A DNA stretch of 64,000 nucleotides from Marsupella aquatica. Taxonomy: Eukaryota; Plantae; Marchantiophyta. The stretch is taken from NCBI GenBank assembly GCA_973895155.1, contig OZ316896.1, forward strand, positions 15,162,684-15,226,683, read 5' to 3'. The position numbers and the translations under genes were made by a program. Every line of letters begins with the position of its first letter. Positions within the stretch are counted from its first letter, which is position 1. Of this stretch, positions 61,100-64,000 are shown piece by piece. The notes under the pieces were generated by a model. The model was given only the letters and a program-made list of their open reading frames with translations. It searched no databases and was not told the origin of the DNA.

Positions 61100-63180
61100 A
61101 GTGTTTACACACAATTTACCCCATTCCACTTACTTCTCCACTAAAATAACGGTGATATTCTAAGTGGAATTTCCCTACACCCTCAAACTACCTCTTTTGC
61201 AGTGGTTTGGGAATTATGGCCACCCTACGACTACCACTACATCAGAAGTTCTTTGGAGGACTGCGTCATGTACCACATAAGTTTGAGTGAAAGTTTTAGT
61301 CACAAGAAATGAGGGCTTTGAAGCATATTATTTTGAGTGCTTTGGGGGGTGACAACCTTACAAAGAGAATATGTAGGCCATCTAGCTTTAGGCAAGTCTC
61401 GGAGGGCCATCAATAAAGGAGGAGGATTGGGCCCGCCGCCATAACAATTCCTCCGTGTTAGCCCCCCCATGGTGAAGCCGTGGGACACCCCCATCATGTG
61501 CGCCAACAAGTTATAGCAACGACAATGAGGTTGTGACGCATAAATTGCCAAGGTGGAGAGATTTGAGGCACCCAAGTGATGCAACATCATGAACTCCACA
61601 CAAATCACTCCAAGACTCTACGGAATTACAAATATGGGGCTTATGTGATGCATCCACACAATTCACTCCTTTTAGCACTAGTTCATGGCAAGTGGTGGCA
61701 CCAATGTGTGTTGCATGACTCAAATACGGGTGCAATTTGAACCCTAAAACCATCTCATTTGTAGTGGTTTGGGAACAACAATCACCCTCAAACTACCACT
61801 TCATGAGAAGTTGTTTTGAGAATGGATGATGTACCACCCCAACCTGAGTAACAATGTTAGTCGCTAGAAATGCGGGCTTTGAAGAACAGAGTTTTTAGTG
61901 ATTTGGGGAGTGACAAACTTACAAGGGATAATGAGAAGTGGATCCACCTCGCGACAATTGTCATAGGGCCGCGATTAAAGGAGGAGGGTTGGGCTGACGC
62001 CATAACAATTCCTCCATGTTAGCCCCCCAATGGTGAGGCCATGTGACACCCCCATCATGTGTGCCAACTAGTTATAGCAACGACAATGAGGTTGTGACGC
62101 ATAAATTGCCAAGGTGGAGAGATTTGAGGTACACAAGTGATGCAACATCATGAACTCCACACAAATCACTCCAAAACTCTACAGAATTATAAATATGGAG
62201 CTTATGTGATGCGTCTACACAATTCACTCCTTTTAGCACTAGTTCATGGCAAGTGGTGGCACCAATGTGTGTTGCATGACTCAAATACGGGTGCAATTTG
62301 AAGTCGCCAGAAGGCGAGGGCCCAAAACTACCTTATGTCAAGTGGTTTGGGCTGGTACTTACAAATGCACTTCATTGCAAGTGTTCATACCCAATTTACT
62401 TCTCAACTCAAATAACGGTGGTATCTTGAGTCGCATTTCCCCTAAACACTAAAACTACCTCATTTGTAGTGGTTTGGGAACAACAATCACTCTTAGACTA
62501 CCACTTCATGAGAAGTTGTTTTGAGGGATACATGATGTACCACCCCAACCTGAGTGACACTGTTAGTCGCTAGAAATGCGGGCTTTGAAGAACAGAGTTT
62601 TTAGTGATTGGGGAGTGACAAACTTACAATGGATAATGAGAAGTGGATCCACGTTGCCGCAATTCTCGGAGGGCCAGGATTAAAGGAGGAGCGTTGGGCC
62701 CACCGCCATAACAATTCCTCCTTGTTAGCCCCCCCCATGGTGAAGCCATGGGACACCCCCATCACGTGTGCCAACTAGTTATAGCAACTACAATGAGGTT
62801 GTGACGCATAAATTGCCAAGGTGGAGAGATTTGAGGCACCCAAGTGTTGCAACATCATGAACTCCACACAAATCACTCCAAGACTCTACGGAATTACAAA
62901 TATGGGGCTTATGTGATGCATCCACACAATTCACTCCTTTTAGCACTAGTTCATGGCAAGTGGTCGCACCAATGTGTGCCTCATCACTCAAATATGGGTG
63001 CAATTTGTAGTGGCAAGAAAATGAAAGCCCGAAAGGACCTTATGTTAAGTGGTTTGGGCTCGTATTTACCAATGCACTTGATTGGAAGTTCAAACACATA
63101 ACTTTCCTAAGTTAAAACATGGTGGTATTTCAAGTGACAGGTGCCCAAAACCCTCAAAGCACCTGTTGTGTAGTGGTTTG
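61100..63180. repeat. Three long imperfect tandem units (~560-710 bp) in the CACTA right arm
   Basis: Core atagcaac.acaatgaggttgtgacgcataaattgcc at ~61513, 62074 and 62781. Recurrent gtagtggttt/aaactacc motifs continue to 64000. Confidence 0.9.
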
Positions 63181-64000
63181 GGTACAATTTGTAAATAAAA
63201 AAATTGTTTGTCGCTATAATTCCGGCGGCATGCATATTGTGACTGAAAATGTGTGTTGATAATGACACCATGGGGAGAGGTTTTGGACATCACAAAATAA
63301 TCTGTTTAATTTTTAGTCATTTATCAAAACTGTTTTGACACTCTAATGTTGGTGGCATTTGCAGTGGCAAAATGTATTTAAAGAATGACATTACTTGAAT
63401 AAGAATGGAAAATGATCTACTTTATTTCAAGTCATTTGCAAGGTCCTGCATTGACACTCTACTCTTAGTGGTATTTGGAGTCACTAAAATGTGCGAAGAG
63501 AATGACATTCTTTAGAGTGATTTTGGACTAAGGAGGATGTGGCACTTGGTTTGAAGTTGCATCAAATAATATTTATTGGACTCTAATATTAATGATATTT
63601 GTAGTCAGACAATTTGTGATAATAATGACTTTATTAAAGAAATTTTGTACATTGAGAATTAATTCACTCAATCTTAAGTTGTTTGTAAGAATTTCCTTGT
63701 CACTAAAATATTTTAAATAATTTTGCCAAAATTCATTTGTGACTCCACTATTGGTGATATTTACAGTAACAAAAGGTGTGCTCACAAATGACATTATTTC
63801 AAGTAATTAAGATCACTTGGAAAAGCTTCACTTGATTGGGAGTTGATTGAAAAAGCACCTTTACCATTCAAATATTGGTGGTACTTGTATTTGTAGTGGT
63901 TTCGGTCAGTAGTAAAATCTTAGTTGAAAATAGAGTTGTAAACATCAACGGTGGAGTGAACGGTGGATTGTAGTGATTTGTAAATTTGTGTAATATACAA

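Larger units (their letters stand above)
45254..64000 (-). mobile_element. Large CACTA/En-Spm DNA transposon (>18.7 kb); right end lies outside the window
   Basis: Left terminus CACTAGAAGGAAATC at 45254, subterminal repeats, TnpA-like and TnpD genes, cargo ORFs, and repeat arrays to the window end. Extent right of TnpD is inferred because the second TIR is not seen. Confidence 0.85.

Noticed and set aside
61300-63101. Three near-identical ~75-aa ORFs (HPYLSHATHIGATT...)
   Set aside because: They arise from the tandem repeat and use non-ATG starts.

Overview
Eukaryotic land-plant genomic DNA, with a spliceosomal-intron style and TE content that suggest a non-flowering plant such as a bryophyte (inference). 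Host genes: a 5-exon two-LIM-domain actin-bundling gene (-), a 20-exon MCM9 gene (+) with a GC-AG intron and an intronic tRNA-Ser(GCU), and an inverted pair of decayed CYP85-clan cytochrome P450 fragments. TEs: a degenerate RLE-type (CRE-like) non-LTR retrotransposon, a long-TIR element with a probable solo LTR, a full-length copia (TSD CATAC) interrupted by a GC-rich TIR element, a truncated copia interrupted by an AT-rich TIR element, Helitron-like repeats, and a CACTA/En-Spm element of >18.7 kb that runs off the right edge. Main finding: upstream of TnpD the CACTA carries intact, intronless, same-strand cargo ORFs. One fuses a histone H3 tail mimic (ARTKHKARK) to an EDM2-type PHD cassette; another is a TM/FFAT-like/F-box protein. 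Together these form a candidate transposon-encoded anti-silencing module. All calls were made by eye, with no database searches.
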